The notes below the pieces were generated by a model. That model had not been told where the DNA came from. It searched no databases and saw only the letters and a program-made list of their open reading frames with translations. Shown piece after piece: positions 54,960 through 64,000 of a stretch of DNA of 64,000 nucleotides; positions within the stretch are counted from its first letter, which is position 1, and every line of letters starts with the position of its first letter. The DNA comes from Candidatus Limnocylindrales bacterium (GTDB lineage Bacteria > Chloroflexota > Limnocylindria > Limnocylindrales > CSP1-4), in NCBI GenBank assembly GCA_035717865.1, contig DASTIE010000177.1:547-64546 (forward strand), written 5' to 3'. A program made the position numbers and the translations under genes.

Positions 54960-55418
54960 TCATGGCCGGCTGCCGCCGCCGTCGCTCGGCTGTCGCAAAC
55001 GGGGGTCGATCGGAGTCGGGACATCGAGACATCGATCGGTCGATGTCGCGATCGAACCGGTCAGGACGGATAGCTCGGTCGTCATCCCGGAAACATCTGG
55101 CGGTTCGAGGTACATCTGCCCGCCCTCGAAAAACGAGTTGTTGCCCTTGCCAAAGACGGAAGTCCCGATCTCGCGACAGTTCTGGTCGACCATGACGGCT
55201 CGATCGACATTGAGCGATCGGTCCAACAGCACCAGGCTGTTCCGGGGCAGCGCGAAGTCACGAAACGCGCCACTGACGAGAACGAGCCGAACCACGGCGT
55301 CTTCCTCGGTCCGGTTGACGCCTGCCATCGTTGGCTCTCGTCCGAACTGGCACGCGGCCACAGTGAACGCGACAGCCAGCAACAGCCCGATACGCGCCGC
55401 ACCCCTTCGAACGGTCAT
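54960..55418 (-). CDS. Lipoprotein (hypothetical)
   Basis: Lipobox VAACQF. Confidence 0.5.
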   Translation of the reverse strand: MTVRRGAARIGLLLAVAFTVAACQFGREPTMAGVNRTEEDAVVRLVLVSGAFRDFALPRNSLVLLDRSLNVDRAVMVDQNCREIGTSVFGKGNNSFFEGGQMYLEPPDVSGMTTELSVLTGSIATSTDRCLDVPTPIDPRLRQPSDGGGSRP

Positions 55419-55453
55419 CGTGGAGCCTTCGCACCGCCCTCAGTCAGCGCTTG

Positions 55454-55726
55454 TCACTCGGTGTCGCGGGCGGTGTCGGGTGCGACGTCGATGGTTTCGA
55501 GGGCGCCGCCGGCGCGGGTGACTAACTGCTGGACCTTGAGCTCGGCCTCGGTGAGCTGCTTTGCGAGGTGCTCGTGCAGGGCGGTGCCGCGCTCGAACAG
55601 GGCCAGCGCGCGCTCCAGCGGCAGCCCGCCGGTCTCGAGCTCGGCGACCGTGCGCTGGAACGCGGCGAGAGCGTCGTCGAACGAGAGCTCGGCGATGGGC
55701 GGCCCGTCAGTCGGCTCGGTCACGAG
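55454..55726 (-). CDS. xseB: Exodeoxyribonuclease VII small subunit
   Basis: LSFDDALAAFQRTVAELETGGLPLERALALFERGTALHEHLAKQLTEAELKV is typical XseB. A GTG start is assumed. Immediately downstream of xseA. Confidence 0.75.
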   Translation of the reverse strand, partial: LVTEPTDGPPIAELSFDDALAAFQRTVAELETGGLPLERALALFERGTALHEHLAKQLTEAELKVQQLVTRAGGALETIDVAPDTARDTE

Positions 55727-55881
55727 GATCCTCGTCGTCGTCAGCATCGGCGCGGTCGAACAGCCGCCCGAGCCGTGGCGCGACCACGATACCCAACCCG
55801 ATGCCGATGGCAACCGCGACCGCCGCGATCACGAGCACGACGGCGATCGCGAGCAGCATCGTCAGGGCTTCGATCTTCCGA

Positions 55882-57282
55882 TCACGTGTCGGCCTCGTGG
55901 CCCGCGGTCGCCGGGAACTCGCCACGCGCGACGCGGACACGGAGGCGAGAGCCGCCACTCACCTCCGCCGGGTCACGAACGATCGAGTCGTCTGCCGCCT
56001 TTCGGACGATCGCGTAGCCGCGCTCCAGCGTCGCCTGCGGCCCCAGCACGGCGAGGGCCGCGGCTGTCTCCTGGAGGAGCGCGCGGCGCTGGCCGAGCAG
56101 CCGGGCTGCGAGGTTCGGGAGCGCGTCCGCGAGGCGCTCCTCGGTCGTCGAGGCGCTCGCGAGCCTGACGCGCACCGCGCGGGTTGCGCGATCCAGCAGG
56201 TCGCTCGCGAGCTGGCGCGTGGCGGCGAGGCGCACGGCGGGATTCAGCCGGTCGAGCACCCGGCGCTCCGCCTCGAGGTCGCGCCGTGCGGCGACCAGCA
56301 CGCGCGTGCCCGCGACGCGCATCCGATCGGCGCCGCGAGCCAGCGCGCTCGCGTACTCGACCCGGTCTGGGATCACGAGCTCCGCCGCCGCGGTGGGAGT
56401 GGCGGCGCGCACGTCCGCGGCGAAGTCCGTGAGCGTGACGTCCACCTCGTGACCCACCCCGCTCACGACCGGTAGCGAGTGCCCAACGATCGCGCGCACG
56501 ACCCGCTCGTCGTTGAACGACCAGAGGTCCTCCATCGAGCCGCCGCCGCGTGCGACGATCGTGACCGCGGGCGCCTCCGCCGCGCGACCTTCCGCACCCA
56601 GCGCCGCAACGTGCTTCTCGATCCGTCGGAGCGCCCGGACGATCGACTCCGCCGAGCCGTCGCCCTGGACCTGGCACGCCACGAGCACCACCCTCGTCAG
56701 CGGCCACCGCCGCGCGAACACCTGGCAGACGTCCTTCCAGGCCGCGCCCGTCGGCGACGACACGACGGCGACGACACGGGGGCGAGACGGCAGCGCGCGC
56801 TTTCGCTCCGACGCGAACAGGCCCTCCGCCGCGAGGTTCGCCTTCAGCTGCTCGAACCGGATCGCGAGGTCCCCCACCCCGCTGGGCTGGATCGAGTCGA
56901 CGTACAGCTGCAGCGCGCCCTGCGCCTCGTACACGTCCACCCGGCCGTGCGCGACGACCCGCAGGCCCGTTTGCGGCTGGAACGGCGATCGAACGCGATC
57001 GTCCCGGAACCACACGCACTGGAGCTGCGCGCGCTCGTCCTTCAGCGTGAAGTACGCATGGCCCGCCGAGGAGATCGTGACGCGCCCGACCTCGCCCTCG
57101 ACCCACAGGTCGCGAAGCTGCTCGTCTGCCCTGACGGTCGACGCGATCGCGCGTGCCGCCTCGCCGACCGAGAAGATGCGCAGTGCGTCGGGTGGGGCGG
57201 CGCCCGCCCCCGTAGTGACGGCGCCGCCTGCGCCGGGGACGGTCCCGCCCGCTCCCGGTGCCGCGCCTGCTCCGGTCTCCAT
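55882..57282 (-). CDS. xseA: Exodeoxyribonuclease VII large subunit
   Basis: OB-fold N-terminus (GEVGRVTISSAGHAYFTLKD) followed by the catalytic core and a coiled-coil C-terminus. A Gly/Ala-rich N-terminal extension is present. Confidence 0.85.
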   Translation of the reverse strand: METGAGAAPGAGGTVPGAGGAVTTGAGAAPPDALRIFSVGEAARAIASTVRADEQLRDLWVEGEVGRVTISSAGHAYFTLKDERAQLQCVWFRDDRVRSPFQPQTGLRVVAHGRVDVYEAQGALQLYVDSIQPSGVGDLAIRFEQLKANLAAEGLFASERKRALPSRPRVVAVVSSPTGAAWKDVCQVFARRWPLTRVVLVACQVQGDGSAESIVRALRRIEKHVAALGAEGRAAEAPAVTIVARGGGSMEDLWSFNDERVVRAIVGHSLPVVSGVGHEVDVTLTDFAADVRAATPTAAAELVIPDRVEYASALARGADRMRVAGTRVLVAARRDLEAERRVLDRLNPAVRLAATRQLASDLLDRATRAVRVRLASASTTEERLADALPNLAARLLGQRRALLQETAAALAVLGPQATLERGYAIVRKAADDSIVRDPAEVSGGSRLRVRVARGEFPATAGHEADT

Positions 57283-57325
57283 TTCGTGATCCTACGGCGG
57301 CAAGCGGCCCGCTATCGTCGCCTGG

Positions 57326-58660
57326 ATGTTCACGGAGTTCGAACGGCTCGCCGGAACGGAGCTCCTGGTGTCCGTCGCCCTTGCGGTTTTCATCGTCCCG
57401 GCGGTCTTCCTCGCGAGCGTGGCGTTCGCCGCGAGCCGGCGGATGCAGGGCCGCGAGATCGGGCCGCGACTGGCCGCGGAGCTGTGCGTCGCCGGTGCCG
57501 CGAGCCTGGGCACCATGGTGCTGTTCGCGCCGGACGTGGCGATCGCCACGCCGCTCGTCGTCGTCCTCGGGGCGATCGTGATCGGGCGGTGGCGGGCGGG
57601 CCGGCGGGCGCAGGCCGGCTGGCTGATCCTGGGCGCCGGGTTCCCGATCCTCGTTGCGTGGATCCTCCTCCTGCTGTCCCCGACGCCCTCGTCGGGCGCC
57701 ATGACCGAGGCGGGGTGGCTCTGGCTCGCCGGGGGCGCCGTGACATGCCTCGTCGGGCTGGCACTCGCCGCCCGCGGTGATCCGCCACCGGCCGCGCCGG
57801 ACATCGCGGCGCCGGCCGGCCAGCCCGGGTCGCGCGCCCTCGGCTCGATCGCGATGGCCATCCGCGAGCCGGGGATGGTCGGGCCGTTCGGGCTGCCGGA
57901 GCTGTCGATGCTCGGCGCCTTCGTGCTCGTCTGGATCGTCGTCCCGTTCCTGATCCCGCGCGACGCCCACCTGCTCGTCCAGCTCGGGCTCCCCAGCCTC
58001 GTCGCGTCGGTCGTCGCCACCGAGGCGTACGTCCGCTCGATGCCCGCGCGCAGCCGCCGCGCGTTCGAGGCCTTCAGCTGGCTCGGCGAGTGGGAGCTCG
58101 CGCGTGCGCGCCAGGTCACCGGCCGATCCGTCCCCACGTCCCGCGACGCCGCGCTGCGCTGGCTCGCCGAGCGGCCCGAGCGTGTCGACAGGCTGGACGA
58201 GGCGGCCCTTCGCGTCGAGGTGCTGCTGCTCGCGGAGCAGCTCGACGAGGCGGGCCGGCTGGTCGACAGGATGGACGAGCGCGCCACGACGCCGTGGGAG
58301 CGCTTCGAGGTCGCGGCGCTCAAGGACCTCGTGAGCTGGCGCGCGGGCGGCGGCGGTGATCTCCCGGCCCTCCACGTCGCGGCCGAGGCGATCCTCCCGC
58401 GAGATTCGGACGATCGCCTGCGCGCGGAGGTCACCGTGGCCGTCGCGCAGGTGCGCCGCCGCATGGCCGACGGCAGGAGCGTCGCCGGCGACGCGGCACA
58501 GCCGCTGCTGGACGTGCGCGAGCGGCTGGGCGATCGCGCGAAGGGGCAGGTCGGGCGGGCGCTCAGGCCACGGCTGCTCCCGATGCTGCTGCTGCTCGCC
58601 GCCGTGTTCGCGTTGCTGACGTACGGCCTAGGGGCGCTCGGAGGCGGCTCGGCCGCCTGA
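57326..58660 (+). CDS. Polytopic membrane protein (hypothetical)
   Basis: ~7 TM helices at the N-terminus, a soluble helical C-terminal domain and a final TM helix. Confidence 0.5.
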   Translation: MFTEFERLAGTELLVSVALAVFIVPAVFLASVAFAASRRMQGREIGPRLAAELCVAGAASLGTMVLFAPDVAIATPLVVVLGAIVIGRWRAGRRAQAGWLILGAGFPILVAWILLLLSPTPSSGAMTEAGWLWLAGGAVTCLVGLALAARGDPPPAAPDIAAPAGQPGSRALGSIAMAIREPGMVGPFGLPELSMLGAFVLVWIVVPFLIPRDAHLLVQLGLPSLVASVVATEAYVRSMPARSRRAFEAFSWLGEWELARARQVTGRSVPTSRDAALRWLAERPERVDRLDEAALRVEVLLLAEQLDEAGRLVDRMDERATTPWERFEVAALKDLVSWRAGGGGDLPALHVAAEAILPRDSDDRLRAEVTVAVAQVRRRMADGRSVAGDAAQPLLDVRERLGDRAKGQVGRALRPRLLPMLLLLAAVFALLTYGLGALGGGSAA

Positions 58661-58710
58661 TCGGCGCGCGCCAGCGACCCGAGGTGTCGAACCGTCTTGA
58701 CGAGCGCCTG

Positions 58711-59439
58711 CTAGGGGTCGCAGCGCACTGGTTTCGCCTCCGGGTGCGCCTCTTCGTGCGCCGCGGGCCTTTCACCGTTGGGCTTCGCGATGACCATCGT
58801 CTTCGGGACCGTGCCATGCGGGCCCTCCGAGGTCTGGAGCACGAGCTGCTCGGCCGTTTCCCGGAAGGCCGCGTCGAGCGACGTGACGTGTCGCTCGACC
58901 TCTGCCATGCGGTACTCGAAGAGGCGGTCATCGCTGGTGAAGACCTGGACCGTCGTCCCAACCAGCGCGCGGCCGCCGGCGACCATGGACGCTTCGAGGA
59001 TGGGGAGGAACATGCCGGCTCGCGCATGCGCGTACAGGAATGTCGTGCCGGGCCGCCCCGGCACTGACAGCGTCGGGAGGAACTCCGCGACGTTGCAGTA
59101 CGGGTAGTGCGCGGGGTCGGCCGGCGGGTCGACGACGGGAAGGTCGATCCCGAGGTCGCGGATCCGCACTCGTGTGGGGACACGATCGCGGATCGACTCC
59201 GGGAGCAGCGTCGGCAGCGCCATGCTGTTCGCCGCGAGCGCGCTCATGGTGTTGTCTGGGGCGCGGGCGGCCGACGCGAACGTCGACGCCTTGGGCGGGG
59301 AGACAGTGGCGTCCGCGCCCGCTCCGGTTGCCCAGCCGCAGCCGATCGTGACTGCTGCCAGCAGGCCCGCGGCGAGGACTCGCGCCGCAACAGCGCGGCG
59401 GCCTGGCGAGGGAAACGGTGGGTCGATCGACCGGCTCAC
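58711..59439 (-). CDS. Sortase-fold-like protein with Ser in the position of the catalytic Cys (hypothetical)
   Basis: N-terminal TM anchor. PTRVRIRDLGIDLPVV, TTFLYAHARAG (His motif) and LVLQTSEGP where sortases have LxTC.P. GTG start with GTGA overlap. Confidence 0.4.
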   Translation of the reverse strand: MSRSIDPPFPSPGRRAVAARVLAAGLLAAVTIGCGWATGAGADATVSPPKASTFASAARAPDNTMSALAANSMALPTLLPESIRDRVPTRVRIRDLGIDLPVVDPPADPAHYPYCNVAEFLPTLSVPGRPGTTFLYAHARAGMFLPILEASMVAGGRALVGTTVQVFTSDDRLFEYRMAEVERHVTSLDAAFRETAEQLVLQTSEGPHGTVPKTMVIAKPNGERPAAHEEAHPEAKPVRCDP

Positions 59440-60275
59440 GAGATGACGGCGACGTTGTCGACGGCGATCCAACCCGCGGGGCCTTCCGGCGACAGGATGC
59501 ACAGCGAGTCTGCCGCCCCCGTGACCGTAAGGTCCAGGTGGAGCCAGTCGGTGGTGCCCTGCAGGCCCGGGGTCGGGGTGTTCTGCGCGACCTGGATGGC
59601 GCCGTTCTCCGAGGTGACCTCCATCGTCCCCTCACGTGTGCTGACTGCGGCAATCGTGGTGTCACCTTCGGCAACGTTGATGACGGTCGCGCCGTCCGGG
59701 ACCGCCGGTCCCAGCAAAACGTCGAGCGACACCTGGATCACGCGTTCCTCGGGCGTGGCGACGGCTCGGCACACGAACGAGGCGTCCCCGCTCGGGCTCG
59801 AGGTCAGCCGGAGGCTCCGGTCGACACTCGTGGGAAGCGGCACGACTGCGGCCGCGCCACCGCCACTCGACGTCCAATCCGATGGTGGGCCGCTGTCGAT
59901 CGGCAGCGAATCGAACGTCTCGACGTCCTTAGTCAATCCGCCGACGGCCTGTCCCGGGCTCTCGAGATCCTCCCACGCGACCGTCGGTGCCGGCGCTGCG
60001 ACGCCCTGGGGCTCACGCTCCAAAACGAGGGAGCCGCCGGTCAGCCAAAGCACGGCCGCAACGAACGCCATGCCGGCGGCCAGGACGATCCCTGCCGGCG
60101 CCGTCCGCTCCACGAGCTGGACCCACGTGACCCGTGCCGGCGCAGGGCGCACCTCGACGGCCTTCGGTGTCCGCGAGGGGCGTGCGTCGCTGGCCTTCGG
60201 TGCCGGGGGCGCGGCCGAGCCTCCCGACGTCCGGGTCGATCGGCCGGCCCTGGCCGTCCTGCGTCGCGATGCCAT
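59436..60275 (-). CDS. Membrane-anchored secreted protein (hypothetical)
   Basis: Basic N-terminus followed by a single TM helix and an extracytoplasmic domain. Confidence 0.45.
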   Translation of the reverse strand: MASRRRTARAGRSTRTSGGSAAPPAPKASDARPSRTPKAVEVRPAPARVTWVQLVERTAPAGIVLAAGMAFVAAVLWLTGGSLVLEREPQGVAAPAPTVAWEDLESPGQAVGGLTKDVETFDSLPIDSGPPSDWTSSGGGAAAVVPLPTSVDRSLRLTSSPSGDASFVCRAVATPEERVIQVSLDVLLGPAVPDGATVINVAEGDTTIAAVSTREGTMEVTSENGAIQVAQNTPTPGLQGTTDWLHLDLTVTGAADSLCILSPEGPAGWIAVDNVAVIS

Positions 60276-60278
60276 GGC

Positions 60279-61673
60279 TCAGTCCCGCCGCGCGGAGCCC
60301 CACCTGCGGCCGCGGAGACTCCTCGGGCGCAACGCCCAGGCACCGGTCGCCGCGCCCGCGAGCGCGGTCAGGACGACCAGGAGCAGGGGCAGCGCTTCCA
60401 TGCCGTGCCCCGCCATCGCATCGGTCGCGGGAGCGGCGACATCGGATGGAAACTTGTCCGGCATCTGGCCGGCGATGCCGGTCGCGAGCGCCTCGCCCGC
60501 GTCGAACATGTGGCTGTACCCCTCGCGCATGATCGCGTAGCTCTTGTCGTAGTCCGCGGCCTCGAACGCGTCGACCTGCGTGATGAGGTGACGGGCGTGC
60601 TCGCGGAACATCGCTGAGAGGTCATTCGCGTCGAAGCGCGGGTTGGCGCCGGCGAGGAAGCCCGCGATCTGCGCGACGTACTGGTCGACCTGGTCAGTTG
60701 CCGCCGCCTTGCCCGCCGCGTTGTTCGCCCGAGCCGCCTGGATGTACTCGACGTATGCCGTGATGTGGCTGTCCCAGAGCTTCCGGAACGAAGCGGCCGC
60801 CGCGTCGTTGTAGGCCGCGCCGATGAGGCCCTCGAGGTCCGCGGAGTTACCGCTGACAGCAGCGGCGCCCGCCTCGAACGACGGATCGTTCGCGATCCCG
60901 GACCGCATGACCTCGGCGGCCAGGAAGGCGTGCTCGGCGAGCACGCGGTCGAGCGTGACCCGCAGGGTGCCGGCAGCGCTGTACGCGACGTCGACCCCGC
61001 TGAACTCTTCGGGGAACCGATTCGCGATCACCTTCGCCAGCGCGTCGCCGACGTGGAACATGTGCGGGTAGGCCTCGCGCTCGATGTCGTATGCGCCGGC
61101 ATGGTCGCCCTGGTGCTCGGCGTCGATGAATGCGATGAGCTGCGCGGTGTGCATGTCGAGCGCGTCGGTGATCCCACCGAGGTCGACGCCCGGATTGGCG
61201 TCGGTCAGGAACTTGGCGATGCGTTGGCGGTAGACGGCGAGGCCGTCCACCGCCTGCTCGGCGGCGTCAGGGTCGTCCTTGCCGATCGCGACGGCGTAGT
61301 CGACCAGGTGGCCGATGTGGGCCCGCCAGATCTCGCCGAACGGCTCGATCGCGGCATCGCCGTAAATCGAGCCGATCGCCGCGGCGACGTCGGTCGAGTT
61401 CGCTTCGACTGCCTTCGCCGCGGCCGCGAGGTCCGGGGCGTGGGTCAGGCCGCTCCGCATCTGCTCGATGGTCAGGAAGGCATGCTCCGCGAGCAGGCGG
61501 TCCAGCATGACGCGCAGCTCCGCCGCAGGGCTGCTGAGCGACGAGCTGCCGGCCTCGCCGCTGCCGTGCTCGTGATCCATGCTCGGGACTGGGCTGGCCG
61601 CGAACGCGGGCTGGGCCGCGATCAGGAGGGCCGCGGCGCACAGGCCGAAGACGTACCGGATGCGCGTCATGTA
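60279..61673 (-). CDS. Secreted protein with internally duplicated helical domain and C-terminal TM anchor (hypothetical)
   Basis: Signal peptide MTRIRYVFGLCAAALLIAAQPAFA. Two ~180 aa homologous halves (LDRLLAEHAFL..). Ends LPLLLVVLTALAGAATGAWALRPRSLRGRR. Confidence 0.5.
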   Translation of the reverse strand, partial: YMTRIRYVFGLCAAALLIAAQPAFAASPVPSMDHEHGSGEAGSSSLSSPAAELRVMLDRLLAEHAFLTIEQMRSGLTHAPDLAAAAKAVEANSTDVAAAIGSIYGDAAIEPFGEIWRAHIGHLVDYAVAIGKDDPDAAEQAVDGLAVYRQRIAKFLTDANPGVDLGGITDALDMHTAQLIAFIDAEHQGDHAGAYDIEREAYPHMFHVGDALAKVIANRFPEEFSGVDVAYSAAGTLRVTLDRVLAEHAFLAAEVMRSGIANDPSFEAGAAAVSGNSADLEGLIGAAYNDAAAASFRKLWDSHITAYVEYIQAARANNAAGKAAATDQVDQYVAQIAGFLAGANPRFDANDLSAMFREHARHLITQVDAFEAADYDKSYAIMREGYSHMFDAGEALATGIAGQMPDKFPSDVAAPATDAMAGHGMEALPLLLVVLTALAGAATGAWALRPRSLRGRRWGSARRD

Positions 61674-61843
61674 CCGGTCCTCCTGTCCCACTAGCGCGAC
61701 CTGGAGGCGGTCCACATGCATCGGGCTGCCGCGGACGTTGCCAGCATCAATGTGCGTCCGCGCACCATGAAGATGGCGGCAACGAACGCCGCGTCCCGTG
61801 TCGCGAGTCTTTCAGACGCGCCTCGCGCGCGCCCGCCGCGAGA

Positions 61844-62401
61844 TCAGAGCCGGGTCTGGTACTCGCCCGTCCGGGTGTCGACGCGGATCGTGTCACCCTC
61901 GCTCACGAAGAGCGGCACCTGGACCACGAGGCCCGTCTCGGTCGTCGCCGGCTTGCGGGCGCCCTGGGCGGTGTCGCCGGCGAAGCCGGGCTCGGTGGTC
62001 TCGACCTTGAGGTCGATGGTGACCGGCAGCTCGACGCCGATCGTCTCGCCGTGGTAGCTCGTCCGGTCGAGCGTCATGCCGTCCTTCATGAACTTCGTCG
62101 ACTCGCCGAGCTGGTCCGCGCGGAGCATGAACTGGTCGTACGAATCGGTGTCCATGAAGTGGTAGTCGTCGCCGTCGCGGTACAGGAACTGGACGGGCCG
62201 GTTCTCCATCTGGGCGCGCGGCCACTTCGTGCCGGCCTGGAACGAGCGCTCGATCGTCTGGCCGCGACGGACGTTGCGGAGCGTGATCCGGACCTGGGCA
62301 GAGCCGCGGCCCATCTTGATGTGGTGGTAGTCGAGGATCTGCCAGAGCTCGTTGTCGAGCTCGATGGTCACGCCCTTGCGCAGCTCGCCGGTGCTGATCA
62401 T
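61844..62401 (-). CDS. efp: Elongation factor P
   Basis: Full-length EF-P (KGVTIELDNELWQILDYHHIKMGRGSA..). Confidence 0.9.
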   Translation of the reverse strand: MISTGELRKGVTIELDNELWQILDYHHIKMGRGSAQVRITLRNVRRGQTIERSFQAGTKWPRAQMENRPVQFLYRDGDDYHFMDTDSYDQFMLRADQLGESTKFMKDGMTLDRTSYHGETIGVELPVTIDLKVETTEPGFAGDTAQGARKPATTETGLVVQVPLFVSEGDTIRVDTRTGEYQTRL

Positions 62402-62493
62402 GGTCGGGTGGGCTCCAGTGGTTCAGGAGGAGGGCGCGCGGCGGCGCCGTCTCGTGGTCGATTCGGTCGGCGAATTGTACGCGGGCGGGAGTG

Positions 62494-63774
62494 TCAGACC
62501 CCGACGACGACCTCGTCGCGCGGGAACTGCGTGACCCGGTCCACGCGGCCGGCATCGACGTCGACGACGACGAGATCCTCGATCCGCACGCCGGTCTCGC
62601 CCTCGAGATAGATCCCGGGCTCCACGGAGAAGACGGTGCGCCGAGGGAGCGGCTGGTCCGGGCTGCGGCGGCCGAGGCCGGGCAGCTCGTGCGTCGCGAG
62701 CCCGATTCCGTGCCCGAGGCCGTGGCCGTAGACCGGGAACCGCCCGTCGGCTTCGATGAGGTCGCGCGCCAGCTGGTCCATCTCCGGGCCCGTGGGCATC
62801 TCCTCGCCGCGCTGGGCTGCCGCCACGGCCTCCTCGAGTCGGTCGAACACGATGTCCTGCGCCGCCGCGACCACGCGATACACCTCGCGGTCCCGCTCCT
62901 GCGGCTCGCCGACGAACAGCGTTCGCGTCATGTCGCTGCGGTAGCCCTCCACCTGGGCGCCGAAGTCGAACAGCAGCACCGCGCCGGATTCGACCTGCCG
63001 GCGGCCCGGCGCCCCGTGCGGCAGCGCCGCCTCGGCGCCGGCGAGGCAGGCCACGTCGAAGGCGAGCCGGTCGGCGCCGGAGGTTCGCATCCGCCACTCC
63101 AGGTCCAGCGCCAGCTCGATCTCGGTCACGCCCGGTCGGATGGACGGCAGCAGCGACGCCAGGGCTCGGTCCGCGACGGCGCTCGCGGCGGCGACGCGCT
63201 CCAGCTCGCTCGGCTCCTTGTGCTGGCGCTGGGCCTCGACCCAGCCCTCGACCGGCACCAGCTCGACCTCCGGCGCGGCCTGCTGGAGCCGCTCCCAGGT
63301 GAGATGCGGCACGGTCATGGCCTCGATCGCGACGCGCTTCACGCCGGCCCTCGTCACGAGGTCCCGCCAGAACTCGTGGAGCTGCGCGAAGACCTCGTAC
63401 AGGGTCGTGTCGGGCGCCTCGCGCCGGGCGGCGATCGTGTAGCGCGAGTCGGCGACCAGCCAGACCTCGGACATCCCGATGAGGAACTTGCCCGACTCGC
63501 CGGAACCCGCGACCTCGCTCTCGTCGAAGGGCAGGCCGGTGAGGTAGCGCATGTGCTCCCAGCGCAGCCCGAAGTAGCCGTCCACGCCCTCGCGGCCCAT
63601 CCGCTCCCGCAGCCGTGCGAGGCGCTCCGGCCTCGCCGCCCGATCCGCCTCTGCCCAGCGCTCGCGATCGGCCGCGGTCGGCGGCGCCGGGAAGTCGGCG
63701 GGCGTCGGCCACGCGTCAGGCAGGAGCATCCGGAGGCGCTTCCCGAGCTGGAGCCGGTCGGTCGTCTCGGTCAT
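62494..63774 (-). CDS. pepP: Xaa-Pro aminopeptidase (M24 family)
   Basis: M24 metal ligands (HGLGHGIGL, VEPGIY). Conserved efp-pepP pairing. Confidence 0.85.
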   Translation of the reverse strand: MTETTDRLQLGKRLRMLLPDAWPTPADFPAPPTAADRERWAEADRAARPERLARLRERMGREGVDGYFGLRWEHMRYLTGLPFDESEVAGSGESGKFLIGMSEVWLVADSRYTIAARREAPDTTLYEVFAQLHEFWRDLVTRAGVKRVAIEAMTVPHLTWERLQQAAPEVELVPVEGWVEAQRQHKEPSELERVAAASAVADRALASLLPSIRPGVTEIELALDLEWRMRTSGADRLAFDVACLAGAEAALPHGAPGRRQVESGAVLLFDFGAQVEGYRSDMTRTLFVGEPQERDREVYRVVAAAQDIVFDRLEEAVAAAQRGEEMPTGPEMDQLARDLIEADGRFPVYGHGLGHGIGLATHELPGLGRRSPDQPLPRRTVFSVEPGIYLEGETGVRIEDLVVVDVDAGRVDRVTQFPRDEVVVGV

Positions 63775-63784
63775 CGAATGGGCC

Positions 63785-64000
63785 TCACAGGTAGCCGTAC
63801 TTGCGGAGGTTCGCGTTGTGCTGGGACAGCGTCTTGGCGAACGCGTGCTCCTTCGTATCGGGAATCGCGACGAAGTACAGGTAGCCGTCCTCCTGGTCCG
63901 GCTCGAGCGCGGCGTCGATCGATTTCAGGCTGGGGGTCGAGATTGGGCCCGGGATGAGGCCGCCGACCTGGTAGGTCTGGTAGCCGCGGAGCGCCTTGTC
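63785..64000 (-). CDS. mltG: Endolytic murein transglycosylase MltG/YceG, C-terminal fragment (continues beyond the window)
   Basis: Translation ends ..YQTYQVGGLIPGPISTPSLKSIDAALEPDQEDGYLYFVAIPDTKEHAFAKTLSQHNANLRKYGYL, the conserved YceG C-terminus. Confidence 0.6.
   Translation of the reverse strand, partial: DKALRGYQTYQVGGLIPGPISTPSLKSIDAALEPDQEDGYLYFVAIPDTKEHAFAKTLSQHNANLRKYGYL

Noticed and set aside
55707-55958. 83-aa ORF between xseA and xseB encoding a hydrophobic peptide
   Set aside because: It overlaps the xseB start region. It is Ala/Val/Arg-rich as expected for a chance frame in GC-rich DNA. No conservation evidence is available.

Overview
High-GC actinobacterial-type chromosomal segment; the gene order xerD-scpA-scpB-rluB and tlyA-nadK-recN is typical of Actinobacteria. 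Recognisable core genes sit at both ends and in the right half: a fused cmk-plsC, potABCD-like ABC importer, rluB, scpB, scpA, xerD, recN, nadK, tlyA, dxs, xseA/xseB, efp, pepP and an mltG fragment. Between cmk (start 5458) and rluB (ends 36525) lies a ~31 kb block with no mobility genes. It holds (1) a TetR-linked catabolic operon with two stand-alone GcvT-family aminomethyltransferases, an ADP-forming acyl-CoA synthetase, an acyl-CoA dehydrogenase and an FAD oxidoreductase, convergent with the pot importer and sharing a palindromic operator with it; (2) two paralogous cassettes of DUF3558-like lipoproteins followed by HExxH metalloprotease-like lipoproteins, one carrying a VWD domain, separated by a SARP/AfsR-type regulator, with a second such regulator truncated at the window start; (3) several other secreted or surface proteins. 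The most striking signal is a 17-nt motif TGCCAC-RGRAY-TGCAAC found 8 times, always just upstream of and oriented toward a gene for a secreted or lipoprotein product. In 5 copies its 3' end lies 22-23 nt from the start codon. This looks like a previously undescribed cell-envelope regulon. No tRNA, rRNA, CRISPR, IS or integrase other than xerD was found. Many long antisense ORFs in the track are GC-driven artefacts.
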